64,000 nt of DNA, taken from NCBI GenBank assembly GCA_003452935.1, contig DMMY01000005.1:57858-121857 (forward strand), in the 5' to 3' direction. Source of the DNA: Elusimicrobiota bacterium (GTDB taxonomy: Bacteria > Elusimicrobiota > Elusimicrobia > UBA1565 > UBA9628). The notes beneath the pieces were generated by a model, which was given only the letters and a program-made list of their open reading frames with translations, did not search any database and was not told where the DNA came from. This document shows positions 7,479 through 16,990 of this stretch, piece by piece (the first letter of the stretch is position 1; every line of letters starts with the position of its first letter). The position numbers and the translations under genes are program-made.

Positions 7479-10400
7479 CTAGAACTGGAAGGTCAGGGTG
7501 GTTCCGAACTGGTAGGAGATGAAGTCCTCCTCCTTGAGGAAACGGTGCCACAGGCGCGAGGCGGCGCCGTTTAATGTCATGCGCAGGTTCTTGGCGATTT
7601 CATAGTCGCCGCTGGTGGTGAGACTGAAGAGATCCGAGTTGTCGGCCTGGGTGACGGGAGATTTGCGGTGCGCCAGGGAGAGAGTGGTCGTCCAGATGAT
7701 GCGGTTGGTGAACAAGAGGGGTTTTTTGGCTCCCGGCAGCATCAGGCCTCGGGGCAAGGCCACGTCCGTGCGGACCAGGAGGCTCGGGGTCAAAACCGTG
7801 ACATCCTGGGTCTTGATTCCGGTTCCCAACGTGGTCAGGTCGTGGGTGTAGTCGGTCTTCGGCGTCAAGTAGAACTTGCGCAGATTGAAATTGACCTGGG
7901 CCGTGGCGTCCTCGTGGGCCGTGCTCTGCGTATTGGCGTCGACGCGCAGGTCCCGGTTCTTGGACTGGCGGGTGTTGAAGCTCAGCAGGGTATCGAAGCG
8001 CTTGCGTACGATCGTGCGCAGGTCCATGCCCAAGGATTCGTCGGTGGCGATGGAGGAGTTGACGTTTTCCGTCTTGTGCGCCGAGAAACGTACGTTCATC
8101 TGGGTGTTGTTCATCCAGCGCTGAGTGAACCACAGCTGCTCCAGCTGGCTGATGCTGGCGACCAGGTCCGGGAAAGTCGTGGAGAGGGTCTTGGAGAGGG
8201 TCCCGGTCGTGTCCGAGCGCTGGATGCTGCGGACGTAGTTGTTGGAAATGGAGAAGGTCTTGAGCGCCGCGAGGCGGCCCCGGATATCGTAGGCGTCCAG
8301 CGGCGACCAGCGCTGCGTGGAATTGAACGTGTCGCGCACGGTCTGGCTCATGCGTTGGGCCGCTGGATTTTTCGGGCGCAGGGGCGAGCGCACCCAAAGG
8401 CCGGCGTTGGTCTGGTAGCCCCTTTCTATGTTGTTCCAGACGTCGCCGTCCTGGAGTTGATAGCCGGAAACGATGTTGAGGGAACGAAACAGCTTGGCGC
8501 GGGAATATATATCGGAGATGGTCAGGGGCAGGCTGATGGAGCCGTTGGCGGAGCGGTTGACGGTCTTGATGTCTCCGACGCCGAAGACGTAGGTCGAGTT
8601 CTGGACCACGAAGGTGGAGACGTTGAGGATGGAGTTTTCCAGGATGTCGATCTGGTAGTTGACCTGGGGATTGAGCCAGCGCAAGAGCTTGAAATTGGAG
8701 GAGAACCCGGCGGTCTGGCTCATGGACTTCGGATAAGAGAAGTTTTGCTCCACGTCGCCGGTGAAGTCGGAGCGGCGCTCCGTCACCTTGGTGAGGCTGT
8801 AGTTGGGGTTCAAGGAGGAGCCCTCCCAGGGATTGAGGGTCAGGCGCAGGCCCGCGGTCTGGCTGAGCTCCTCGGTGTTGACATTGCCCGGGAGTTTGCG
8901 CGCCGCGGGGGAATCAAACGCCACGATGGTGCGCTGATGGCTGTAGTTGGCGTCGATCGTGCGCGGCAGGACGCGCCAGCTCAGGGGAACGCCGTACTGC
9001 ATGGAACCGGCGTAGGCGATGCGGTCGTCGAGCCTCGTGAGCTGCTCGTATTCGACGCGGTTGCGCGTGTGGGACAGGGTCAGGCGCGGCCAGCTGCCCA
9101 GGGTGAAGTTGCCCTGGGCCGAGCCGTTCCAGGTGGTGACTTTCCCGCCTTGGAGCTGGTTGACCAGGTTGGAGAGGCTTCCGGTCAGGGCCGTGTTCGG
9201 GGTGTCCGTCATGGTGCGGGAGAGGTTGAAGCTCATGGGGAAGAATGCGAGACGCTGGAAGTTGAGGTAGGCGGAGTCGAGCCGGTTGTCCTGATTGGAG
9301 ACGACCGACGTGGGAGTCTGGAAGTTGCGGTCCACGAGCCGGTGCTTGGCTCCGAAGGTGCCCCAGCCCGCGAGCTCGAAGTCCGCGCTGAAGGTCTGGG
9401 CTTGTCCGACGCGCACCACCGGGTCGGCCAGGAAAAGTTCGTCGAGCCATACCCGTCCCTTGCTGACGGCCGCGGCGTTGTCGATTTTCCTGACACCGGC
9501 GACCAGTTGGGCGATCTGCTGCAGGCTGGGAGTTCCGGAGGTGACGATGGCGGCGAAGGCTTGGTCCGTGGACCAGGCTTCCATGACCGAATCCTTGTTG
9601 GTGTCGACTTGGTTGACCACGATCTTGCGCCAGCCCTGGAAATTGAGGGGCACGCGGACCTCGAAGAAATTCAAGTCGTTGCCGGCCCGCAGGAAAAACT
9701 CGTGGTCCGTCAGGTTGCATAGGGACTGGTCGGATTCGCAGCCGGCGTTGCCGTACAACAGGAAATTGAAATGGCGGTGCTGGCTGATGTCGATGGCGCG
9801 GGTGAAGATGCGCTTGGAATAGACCGTGGCCGAGGAGGTCCCCACGTTGGTCATGCTCGAGAAGTCCAGCTGCAGGGATTGCTCGGACAGGTTCTTGGTT
9901 CCGGACTGCCTCTGGAGATTGGAAAGGCTTCCATAAAGGTCGTTGAAAACCTGCGTGGCGTCCCCCCCGGCGTTGTAGATGGGCGCGTAAGTGGGATTGT
10001 CCACGGAGTTGACCGGCACGGCCACGAGGCTTTCCGCCTGTATCTGGCCCTGCGCCAGGGCAGGGTCTCCGGCGGCGCCGCGCAGCCAGGTCGTGCCCAC
10101 GGTGCCGACGCGGGCGATCTTGATGCCTCCCGAGGCCAGCCCGCCCGCGGCGCGGCGTATGGAGAGGCGCAAGTGCTTGATGGTGGTCCAACGGCTCATG
10201 GTGGCGGAGGATATGTTGAGCGGGATCTGGAAGGCCTGCCAGCCGGCGCTGCTGCCCGTCGCCCCCTGGCCGAAATCGAGCCTGGTATGAGTGCCGGAAT
10301 CGAGGCTGTAGAGCTGGTCGGCGGATGAGGACGTGCAGTGCCCGCCCAGGCTGCCCGCGGCGCACATGTAGCCGAAATCCCCGCCGTTGCCGTCGTCCGG

Positions 10401-13064
10401 GTCCAGGCGGCCGTTCTTGTTTAGGTCCACCGAGTCCAGGACTCCGTTGTTGGCGCCGTAGCGCGTGCTGTTGGCCGCGCCCGGCGGAGCGTAGGCGAAA
10501 CCGATGTCCTCGCCCGGCTGGAGGATGGCGTCATTGTTGGCGTCCTCGGTGCGCAGCAGGCCGGAGCCGTCCGCGTTCTCGTCGATGCCGCCCAGACGGA
10601 AGTTGATGAGGTTGTTGGAGTTGTCGCCCAGCATGACCACTTCCAGGACCGTCTTCTGCGAGAAGTCCAGGCCCGAGATGGAGAAGGGGAACGCGATGGA
10701 AACCTCTTGCGTGGAATTGGCGACGGAGGCGAAATCGTAGTTGATGTCGAGGACCTTCTGGGTCTCGTTGGAGCCGGCTTGGGCGCGCGGATTGATATCC
10801 AATACGCGGACATCCTCGTTGAACCAGTTGACGCTCGGGCTGCCGGAAGGGCCGGGGTCCGCGGGGGGCCGGCTGGGGTTGGAGGCGATCTGCCATTGCT
10901 GGTACATGATGCCCGCCGCGTCGTCTTGCCGGATGCCCTCCATGTTGTCGACGATGGCGAAATCGTTGAGGTTGAGGTTTTGCCGGCTCTGGGCGAACTC
11001 CCCGGCGAAGCTGGCCTTGAGCCGGGGCAGGAGGCGGATGTCCTTGAGCTTGAGGTCGAAGTCGTAGACCATGAGGCTGCGGGCCAGTTCGGTGATGTTG
11101 GGGACGGTCTGGGACTTGGCTCCGGCCTGGTAGAGCAGGGTCGAGCCCACGGAAACGTGCTTGTTTAGGTCGTAGGAGACCCGCGAGCCCAGCAGGGACT
11201 CATTCGAGATGCCGCCGAACGGGGAGACCTCGTAGCTGATGTCGATCTGGGATTGGGGATGGACCCGGTCGGGGTTGAAGAAGGTGATGAAGCCCGACTC
11301 GTAGTCTATGAAGTAATCCACGTTGCGGTTGAGCTTGACGTTATCGAGCAGGACCACCTCGCTTTGGACCACGATGGAGGGTTCCAGGAAGAAGGTCCGC
11401 AGACGGAAGCTGTATTCCACGTGGATGAGGCGTTTGGAGATGGGGGTGGGGGAGTAGAGGTCCGGATCCGGCGTGGCGGAGTCTCCTACGACGGCGAACG
11501 GCCTCTCCAGCCGGAAAGTCCCGTTTTCGAAGTCCACGGTGATGTTGTCCGGATATTTTTGAGCCGGGTTTAAGCTGGAGCCGGTCTCCCGGCGCTGCTG
11601 ATCGAGCACCTGGAGGATGAAGTTTCCGTGGCCGTCGTCGCGCACGATCTGGGGCTGGCCGATGTTGTAGACGGTCTTGAGCTCGCGGCTGAAGCCCAAT
11701 TCCTGGCTGCAGGTCGTGCAGGAGGTCAGATCGGACCGGATAGGGACGTCCGAGGGGGTCTTGATGAGCTTGAGGCGGCCCGTCCCGCCCGCCGCGTTCG
11801 TGCTGGTCTGGACCGACAGGCTGCGGCCGAGAGCGTCGGCGTACTCGATGGCCACCGCCCATTGCGGCTGCAGGGCGTTGCGGAACGAGATGATGCCCTT
11901 GACGTAGTCGATGGTGTAGTCCGTGCCGGCCGAGAGCTGGAAGAATTTCCCGGTGAAGGTGGCCGTGGCCAGGGCGATGTCGTCGACCGTCATCTCTATC
12001 TCGTTGACGTTGGCCTGGCCGAGATTTTGCTGGGCCAGGAATATCCTCTCGGTTCCGGACTGGATGGGCAGGCGCGCGACGTCGGACCCGAAGCTGATGT
12101 CATAGTGCTGCCGGCGGACATAGGATGTGTCGAGGATGTCGACGGCCTGGAACTGGGTGTTGCCCACGAACTGCTTGTACTTCGTGGTGCCCTTGGTGCG
12201 GCTGCCGATGAACGAGGCCTTGAGGCCGTTCCACTTGACGTCGGCGCGGATGCCGAAGAGCTGCTTGTTGTACGAGACGAACTCCGTGGGCGGCAGCGAG
12301 AGGTCTATGTCGCCGAAGGACACGTTCTGGACCACCTCGTTGGCGTAGCCTTGGTAGACGATGGAGATGTCCTGCTGGTTGGTCTTGGTGTCGTCGTAGT
12401 CCACGTTGACGGTGATCTTGGGCCCCACCTTGCCCTGCATGCGCAGCTGAAGCTCCTGCTGGATGTCGAAGAGGTTGGTCGAGGCCGGGCGGCCGGTCTT
12501 GGCCTGGTCGTTAAGAAAGCGCTTCTCCGAGAACTGGAATCCGATGATCTTGCGGCCCGTGATCGAGAGGCTCATTTGCTGGCCGGGCAGTTCCAGCTCC
12601 GGAGGCGGCGGCCTGAGGACGGGCGCCTCCGAGGCGGCGAGCTCCTCGATCTCGAGCTCCTCGCGGGGCGAGCGCTCGCGCGGGGCGCGGCCTTGCTCGA
12701 TGTTGCGGCGGGCGCGCAGGAAGCGCTCCGGGGAATAGGACATGGGCTTGAGGCCGCGCACGAAGTCCAAAAAATCGCCCGGGGTCTGGCCCGCGGGCTC
12801 CGGCTCCTCGACGGGTTCGAGGATATGGGCCGGATCCGGGCGGTCGATGAGCAAAAACGGGCCGGCGGCGGGGATGACGGCGGCGGGCGGGCCGCCGGCT
12901 TCGGGGGCGGGAGCCTCGGCCTGGGGCTTGGACGCTTGCGGCTGCTGGGCGAAATCCGGGTCGTAAGGCGTGGAGAATTGGGCTTGCGCCGCTTCACGCG
13001 CTGGCGCAAGCGACGATAACAAGGCGACCAAGCCCCATAGGCGCAGAAATCGAAGTCGCTGCAA
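7479..13064 (-). CDS. Giant (1861 aa) outer-membrane beta-barrel protein, SprA-like (type IX secretion translocon) candidate
   Basis: Single uninterrupted 5.6 kb ORF with a TTG start. It has an N-terminal signal peptide (MQRLRFLRLWGLVALLSSLAPAREAAQA). Composition is Asn/Gln/Ser/Thr/Gly/Tyr-rich with alternating hydrophobic patterning throughout. The C-terminus ends ...GTTLTFQF, an aromatic terminal residue typical of outer-membrane barrels. The size class and the T9SS context at the window end suggest SprA; this is not proven. Confidence 0.6.
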   Translation of the reverse strand: MQRLRFLRLWGLVALLSSLAPAREAAQAQFSTPYDPDFAQQPQASKPQAEAPAPEAGGPPAAVIPAAGPFLLIDRPDPAHILEPVEEPEPAGQTPGDFLDFVRGLKPMSYSPERFLRARRNIEQGRAPRERSPREELEIEELAASEAPVLRPPPPELELPGQQMSLSITGRKIIGFQFSEKRFLNDQAKTGRPASTNLFDIQQELQLRMQGKVGPKITVNVDYDDTKTNQQDISIVYQGYANEVVQNVSFGDIDLSLPPTEFVSYNKQLFGIRADVKWNGLKASFIGSRTKGTTKYKQFVGNTQFQAVDILDTSYVRRQHYDISFGSDVARLPIQSGTERIFLAQQNLGQANVNEIEMTVDDIALATATFTGKFFQLSAGTDYTIDYVKGIISFRNALQPQWAVAIEYADALGRSLSVQTSTNAAGGTGRLKLIKTPSDVPIRSDLTSCTTCSQELGFSRELKTVYNIGQPQIVRDDGHGNFILQVLDQQRRETGSSLNPAQKYPDNITVDFENGTFRLERPFAVVGDSATPDPDLYSPTPISKRLIHVEYSFRLRTFFLEPSIVVQSEVVLLDNVKLNRNVDYFIDYESGFITFFNPDRVHPQSQIDISYEVSPFGGISNESLLGSRVSYDLNKHVSVGSTLLYQAGAKSQTVPNITELARSLMVYDFDLKLKDIRLLPRLKASFAGEFAQSRQNLNLNDFAIVDNMEGIRQDDAAGIMYQQWQIASNPSRPPADPGPSGSPSVNWFNEDVRVLDINPRAQAGSNETQKVLDINYDFASVANSTQEVSIAFPFSISGLDFSQKTVLEVVMLGDNSNNLINFRLGGIDENADGSGLLRTEDANNDAILQPGEDIGFAYAPPGAANSTRYGANNGVLDSVDLNKNGRLDPDDGNGGDFGYMCAAGSLGGHCTSSSADQLYSLDSGTHTRLDFGQGATGSSAGWQAFQIPLNISSATMSRWTTIKHLRLSIRRAAGGLASGGIKIARVGTVGTTWLRGAAGDPALAQGQIQAESLVAVPVNSVDNPTYAPIYNAGGDATQVFNDLYGSLSNLQRQSGTKNLSEQSLQLDFSSMTNVGTSSATVYSKRIFTRAIDISQHRHFNFLLYGNAGCESDQSLCNLTDHEFFLRAGNDLNFFEVRVPLNFQGWRKIVVNQVDTNKDSVMEAWSTDQAFAAIVTSGTPSLQQIAQLVAGVRKIDNAAAVSKGRVWLDELFLADPVVRVGQAQTFSADFELAGWGTFGAKHRLVDRNFQTPTSVVSNQDNRLDSAYLNFQRLAFFPMSFNLSRTMTDTPNTALTGSLSNLVNQLQGGKVTTWNGSAQGNFTLGSWPRLTLSHTRNRVEYEQLTRLDDRIAYAGSMQYGVPLSWRVLPRTIDANYSHQRTIVAFDSPAARKLPGNVNTEELSQTAGLRLTLNPWEGSSLNPNYSLTKVTERRSDFTGDVEQNFSYPKSMSQTAGFSSNFKLLRWLNPQVNYQIDILENSILNVSTFVVQNSTYVFGVGDIKTVNRSANGSISLPLTISDIYSRAKLFRSLNIVSGYQLQDGDVWNNIERGYQTNAGLWVRSPLRPKNPAAQRMSQTVRDTFNSTQRWSPLDAYDIRGRLAALKTFSISNNYVRSIQRSDTTGTLSKTLSTTFPDLVASISQLEQLWFTQRWMNNTQMNVRFSAHKTENVNSSIATDESLGMDLRTIVRKRFDTLLSFNTRQSKNRDLRVDANTQSTAHEDATAQVNFNLRKFYLTPKTDYTHDLTTLGTGIKTQDVTVLTPSLLVRTDVALPRGLMLPGAKKPLLFTNRIIWTTTLSLAHRKSPVTQADNSDLFSLTTSGDYEIAKNLRMTLNGAASRLWHRFLKEEDFISYQFGTTLTFQF

Positions 13065-13158
13065 GATGTCGTCCAGATCCCCACGCCCTCGGCTCGCGCG
13101 TGGATAACGTTTGCGCGCGAATGTCTATATATAAACGTCCCAGCGCGCAAGCGTTGAG

Positions 13159-13187
13159 AGTATAACAGGGGGCCATGAGGCTGTCAA
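13159..13187 (-). promoter_or_regulatory. Sigma70-type promoter for the giant OMP gene: -35 TTGACA, 17-nt spacer, -10 TATACT (minus strand)
   Basis: On the minus strand the sequence reads cTTGACAgcctcatggccccctgtTATACTctcaa. That is a perfect -35 hexamer and a 5/6 -10 hexamer with a 17-nt spacer, about 90 nt upstream of the TTG start at 13064. It sits in the only sizeable non-coding gap there (13065-13229). Confidence 0.45.
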
Positions 13188-13229
13188 GGACAGGGCTATT
13201 TTTCGTAAAAATTTGTTAAAAACGGGAAA

Positions 13230-14354
13230 TTAGGGGGAGGGAGGCCCGCCGATGATTTCCCGGTAAACGGCTTCATACCTGGAGATCATGCCCGCGATGT
13301 CGAAGCGTTCATTGATGCGGGCCCGGGCGGCGTCCGTCAGGCGCCGGCGCAGGCCTGGGTCGGCGATAAGCCCGGCGACGGCTTGGCTCAGCGCCGCGCG
13401 ATCGCCCGGCGGGACCAGGAGGCACTCTTGCCCGGCCCGGGCGATCTCCAGCACTCCGTCTACGGCGGAGGCGACGGAGGGCAGGCCTGCGGCCATGGCC
13501 TCGAGGAGGGCGTTGGGCAGGCCTTCCCAGAGCGAGGGCAGAACGAAGATGTCGAAAGCCGAGAGCCAGGAAAAGAGGTCGTCGCGTTCCCCCAGCAGCC
13601 AGACGGATTGCTCGAGATGCAGGCGCCGGATCTGGTCCTCGAGCCGGCCGCGCAACGGTCCCTCCCCGATGATGGCGCAGCGCACCGGATGAAGGTCGAC
13701 CAGCCTGGCCATGGCGTCGATGAGAACGGAGTGTCCCTTCTGCTCGTCCAGGCGGCCCACGGCGCCGATCAAAACGTCGTCGAGGCCCAGGCGCATTTCC
13801 AAGCGCCTCTGCTGGCGGTCGAGCTTGGCGCAGGCCCAGCGCGAGATGTCCACCCCGTTGTGGATGGTCCTGACCTTGCGCTCATCGTAGCCCAGGCGGC
13901 GCACGAGAAATTCGCGGGAGGCTTCGGATTCCGAGATCAGAAGATCATCGTGCTTCTTGAGCAGCCGGTCCGCCAGCAAGGTCCAGAAAGGGCGGGTGCG
14001 GTAGTTCACGCGCGGGGAAGTGACGAGCTTGAAGGATGCCGTGCCGCGTCCCTTGACGAATCGACAAAGCTGGATGGCCTGATACATGATGGCGTGGACG
14101 ATGTCTGGGCGATGCTGCTGGATGATCAGCTCCAGGGCGTCGACCGCGGCCGGCAGGGGCCAGCGCCGGATGCCCAAGGATTGGGTTCTGTGGCCCTGTT
14201 CGGCAAGGCGCCGGCCGTAGTGGCCCAGGGGCTTGAGGCTGACTATCGTCCCGATCTCGAATTGGGCCGGGTCGAGCGAGGTCGCCAGGCAGAACAGGGT
14301 CTTTTCGGCTCCGCCCAACGTGGTCGACGTGGAGACGAAAACGATCTTGACCAC
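13230..14354 (-). CDS. Family 4 (GT-B) glycosyltransferase
   Basis: N-terminal KIVFVSTSTTLGGAEK and a C-terminal EGLPNALLEAMAAGLPSVAS (E-x7-E type GT4 motif). Confidence 0.85.
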   Translation of the reverse strand: MVKIVFVSTSTTLGGAEKTLFCLATSLDPAQFEIGTIVSLKPLGHYGRRLAEQGHRTQSLGIRRWPLPAAVDALELIIQQHRPDIVHAIMYQAIQLCRFVKGRGTASFKLVTSPRVNYRTRPFWTLLADRLLKKHDDLLISESEASREFLVRRLGYDERKVRTIHNGVDISRWACAKLDRQQRRLEMRLGLDDVLIGAVGRLDEQKGHSVLIDAMARLVDLHPVRCAIIGEGPLRGRLEDQIRRLHLEQSVWLLGERDDLFSWLSAFDIFVLPSLWEGLPNALLEAMAAGLPSVASAVDGVLEIARAGQECLLVPPGDRAALSQAVAGLIADPGLRRRLTDAARARINERFDIAGMISRYEAVYREIIGGPPSP

Positions 14355-14385
14355 TAGCCATCCCTCGTCGGCGCTGCCGGGCTTG

Positions 14386-15513
14386 TCATTTTCCGAAAAA
14401 ATCCTTCACGGCCCGGCAGACGAGATCCACCTCGGACGGCTCCAGCTCCGGGTACATGGGCAAGGCCAGGGCGGTTCGCGCCGCTTCCTCGGTCCTCGGC
14501 AGGCCGCGGGCCGCAAGACCCTGGTAGGCGGGCTGCTGGTGGATGGGGATGGGGTAATAGACGGCGTTGCCGATCCCCCGCTCGGTGAGATGCCTGGCCA
14601 GCTCGTCTCTTCGATCGCAGCGGATGACGAAGAGATGGAAGGAGTGGCGGCTGCCGCCCTGGCCGAGGTCCGGAAGGCGCAAGGGCAGTCCCGCAAGGCC
14701 CTCGATGTAGCGCGCCGCGGCCTGCCTGCGTCCCTCGGTCCATTTGGTCAAGTGCTTGAGCTTCACCCGGAGGACGGCGGCCTGGAGTTCGTCGAGGCGG
14801 CAGTTCTGCCCCACCCGGGCGTGGCGATAGGCGGGTCCGCCGGTGACCCGGCCGCAGTTGCGCAGCTGCCGGCAGGATTCCGCCAGAGCGTCGTCCTGGG
14901 CCGTGACCGCGCCGGCGTCGCCGACCGCGCCCAGGTTCTTGGAGGGATAGAAGCTGAAGGCGCCCGCGTCCGCGATGGCGCCGACCGTGCGGCCCTTGTA
15001 GGAGGTCAGGTGGGCCTGGGCGCAGTCCTCAACCACCTTCAGGCCTTTCTCGCGGGCCAGGGCGAGCAGGCCGTCCATATCCGCCGGCTGTCCGAAAAGA
15101 TGGACGGGCAAGATGGCCTTGGCGCGAGGGGTGACGGCTTGGGCCGCGTCCGCGGCGGCCATGGTCATGGTGTCCGGGTCGATGTCGACGAACACGGGCT
15201 TGGCGCCCAAGGCCGAGACCGCGGTGGCCGTGGCGATGAAGGTGAAGGAGGGCACGAGCACCTCGTCTTGCGGGCCCACGCCCACGGCTTCCAGGGCGAT
15301 GCGCAGGGCGTCCGTGCCGTTGGAAACCCCCACGGCGTGGCGCGAACCCAAGGCCGCGGCGAACTCGGTTTCGAACTGCCTGACCTCGGGGCCCAGGATA
15401 AAGGCGCCCGAGTCCAGGGCCCGCACCAAGGCTTGGCGCATATCGGCGCCGATGCGTTCATGCTGTTTCTTGAGGCTCAACAAGGGAATCTGAGTCTGCG
15501 TGGTCGGTTTCAA
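14386..15513 (-). CDS. DegT/DnrJ/EryC1/StrS-family PLP-dependent sugar aminotransferase
   Basis: Conserved blocks LLSLKKQHERIGADMRQALVRALDSGAFILGPEV, GVSNGTDALRIALEAVGVG and a PLP-lysine region FSFYPSKNLGA. The track ORF extends to 15585, but a TTG at about 15513 preceded by AAGGGGG is the likelier start and removes the overlap with the upstream gene. Confidence 0.85.
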   Translation of the reverse strand: MKPTTQTQIPLLSLKKQHERIGADMRQALVRALDSGAFILGPEVRQFETEFAAALGSRHAVGVSNGTDALRIALEAVGVGPQDEVLVPSFTFIATATAVSALGAKPVFVDIDPDTMTMAAADAAQAVTPRAKAILPVHLFGQPADMDGLLALAREKGLKVVEDCAQAHLTSYKGRTVGAIADAGAFSFYPSKNLGAVGDAGAVTAQDDALAESCRQLRNCGRVTGGPAYRHARVGQNCRLDELQAAVLRVKLKHLTKWTEGRRQAAARYIEGLAGLPLRLPDLGQGGSRHSFHLFVIRCDRRDELARHLTERGIGNAVYYPIPIHQQPAYQGLAARGLPRTEEAARTALALPMYPELEPSEVDLVCRAVKDFFGK

Positions 15514-16976
15514 TAAGCCCCCTTGGCCATGAGCATGGCCGGGACGGTCTTTAGGATTATTTCCAGGTCCAGGCCCAGGGACCAATGCTCGATGTAGAAC
15601 ATGTCCAGAGCGAAGCGCTGCTCGCTGGACACGTCCGAGCGTCCCGAGACCTGCCAGAGCCCGGTGATGCCGGGCAGGATGTTCATGCGCTTCTTTGCGG
15701 TTTCCCCGAATTCCCTGAGCAATTCCTCCATTTCTCCCGTGGTCACGGCCAAGGGCCGCGGGCCGACCACGCTCATCTCGCCCCTGAAAACGTTGATGAA
15801 CTGCGGAAACTCATCGAGGGAGAAGCGCCGCAGCCAGCGGCCGACCCGGGTGACGCGCGGGTCGTCCTTGGCCTTGAAGAACGCGCCTTGGTGGTTGTTG
15901 AGGGTTTTGACCGCTTTTATCCGGGATTCGGCGTCTACCACCATGGTCCTGAATTTGTAGGCATGGAATATCCGGCCCTTATAGCCGAACCTCTTTTGCT
16001 TGTAGAGGGCGGGTCCCTTGGAGTCCAGACGGATGAGCAGCGCGGCGAGCAGCCAGGGCAGGCCGGCGGCCAGGAAGACGAGAAGACAGAACGAAATATC
16101 AAAGGCCCGCTTGGCCATGAAATTGACCCTGGTCATGGAGCCGTGCTGGATGCGGTAGGCGGGCAGGCCCAGGCTGTGATCCATCTGGATCTCTCCCAGG
16201 CGCAGCTCCAGAAGATCCGGCAGCATCTTGAACGATATGCCCTGGGAATCGCAGATCTCGGCCGCGGCCAGGATGCGCTCATGCGCGAGCGCGGATTTAA
16301 AAAGGATCATCTCGTAGAAGGGTTGCCCGGCCAGCAGGCGCTTGAGGTCTTGGTCCGGGGGCAGATCGCGCAGCTCATGGATAACCGCCTCGGGGTGGCG
16401 CAGCCGGATCCGGTCCTTGACCACCTGGGCCACGGCGCCGCCGCCGATAAGCAGGACCGGGCGCGCGTTCTCATGCCGGGAGACCCAATCATCCACCCAC
16501 AAGACCACGGCCTGGCTCAAGGAGACCAGGATCACGGATATGGGCAGGACCAAGATCAGCATCATGCGGGAATACTCGAGCCGGGAATAAATATAAGTCG
16601 TCGCCATGGTGGCGACGGTGGCCAGAAGGCAGCCTTTGACGATCTTGAGGAAGCGGTCCGCGCCGCTTATCCAGGGGTTGCTGTAAAGCCGGGAGGAATA
16701 CCAGAAAATCATCAGCCACAAAGGCACCGCGACATAGAGCATGTTGCGGTACAGGTCCCAGTCCGGGGTGAGGCCAGGGATGGGAAAAGCCGAGACCCAT
16801 CTTTCCGAGCGGAAGCGCCACAGGTAGGCTAAGGCGTAAGAGGAACTCACGGCCGAGGCGTCGAAGGCGAGGTGCAGGAACGTGCGCAGGCCGTGGCGCA
16901 GCCAAAGAGGGAAAGCCGGCTTAAATGGTTTGTGGCTCGACTGGATGCGCTCGGTACCCGGCGCGAGAGTGGCCAT
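15510..16976 (-). CDS. Polyprenyl-phosphate sugar phosphotransferase (WbaP/bacterial sugar transferase family), the pathway-initiating enzyme
   Basis: N-terminal multi-TM region plus the C-terminal catalytic domain KRAFDISFCLLVFLAAGLPWLL...SLDEFPQFINVFRGEMSVVGPRP...PGITGLWQVSGRSD, which is diagnostic of the PF02397 family. Confidence 0.9.
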   Translation of the reverse strand: MATLAPGTERIQSSHKPFKPAFPLWLRHGLRTFLHLAFDASAVSSSYALAYLWRFRSERWVSAFPIPGLTPDWDLYRNMLYVAVPLWLMIFWYSSRLYSNPWISGADRFLKIVKGCLLATVATMATTYIYSRLEYSRMMLILVLPISVILVSLSQAVVLWVDDWVSRHENARPVLLIGGGAVAQVVKDRIRLRHPEAVIHELRDLPPDQDLKRLLAGQPFYEMILFKSALAHERILAAAEICDSQGISFKMLPDLLELRLGEIQMDHSLGLPAYRIQHGSMTRVNFMAKRAFDISFCLLVFLAAGLPWLLAALLIRLDSKGPALYKQKRFGYKGRIFHAYKFRTMVVDAESRIKAVKTLNNHQGAFFKAKDDPRVTRVGRWLRRFSLDEFPQFINVFRGEMSVVGPRPLAVTTGEMEELLREFGETAKKRMNILPGITGLWQVSGRSDVSSEQRFALDMFYIEHWSLGLDLEIILKTVPAMLMAKGAY

Positions 16977-16990
16977 CAGCAGCGATTATA

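Noticed and set aside
7600-13019. Long ORFs on the opposite strand or other frames inside the giant OMP gene, e.g. 7668..9722 (+684 aa), 8914..10365 (-483 aa), 11628..13019 (+463 aa), 7600..8397 (-265 aa)
   Set aside because: They are extremely Arg/Gly/Ala/Pro/His-rich low-complexity translations of the kind high-GC antisense frames produce. They are fully nested in a 1861-aa ORF with a signal peptide and coherent beta-barrel composition. No motifs are present.
13383-16832. Plus-strand ORFs 13383..14357, 14233..15516 and 15585..16832 opposite the GT4, DegT and WbaP-like genes
   Set aside because: Same high-GC antisense artefact. The minus-strand genes carry unambiguous family motifs (EGLPNALLEAMAAG, DegT blocks, GLWQVSGRSD), while the plus-strand translations are Gly/Ala/Arg/Asp repeats.
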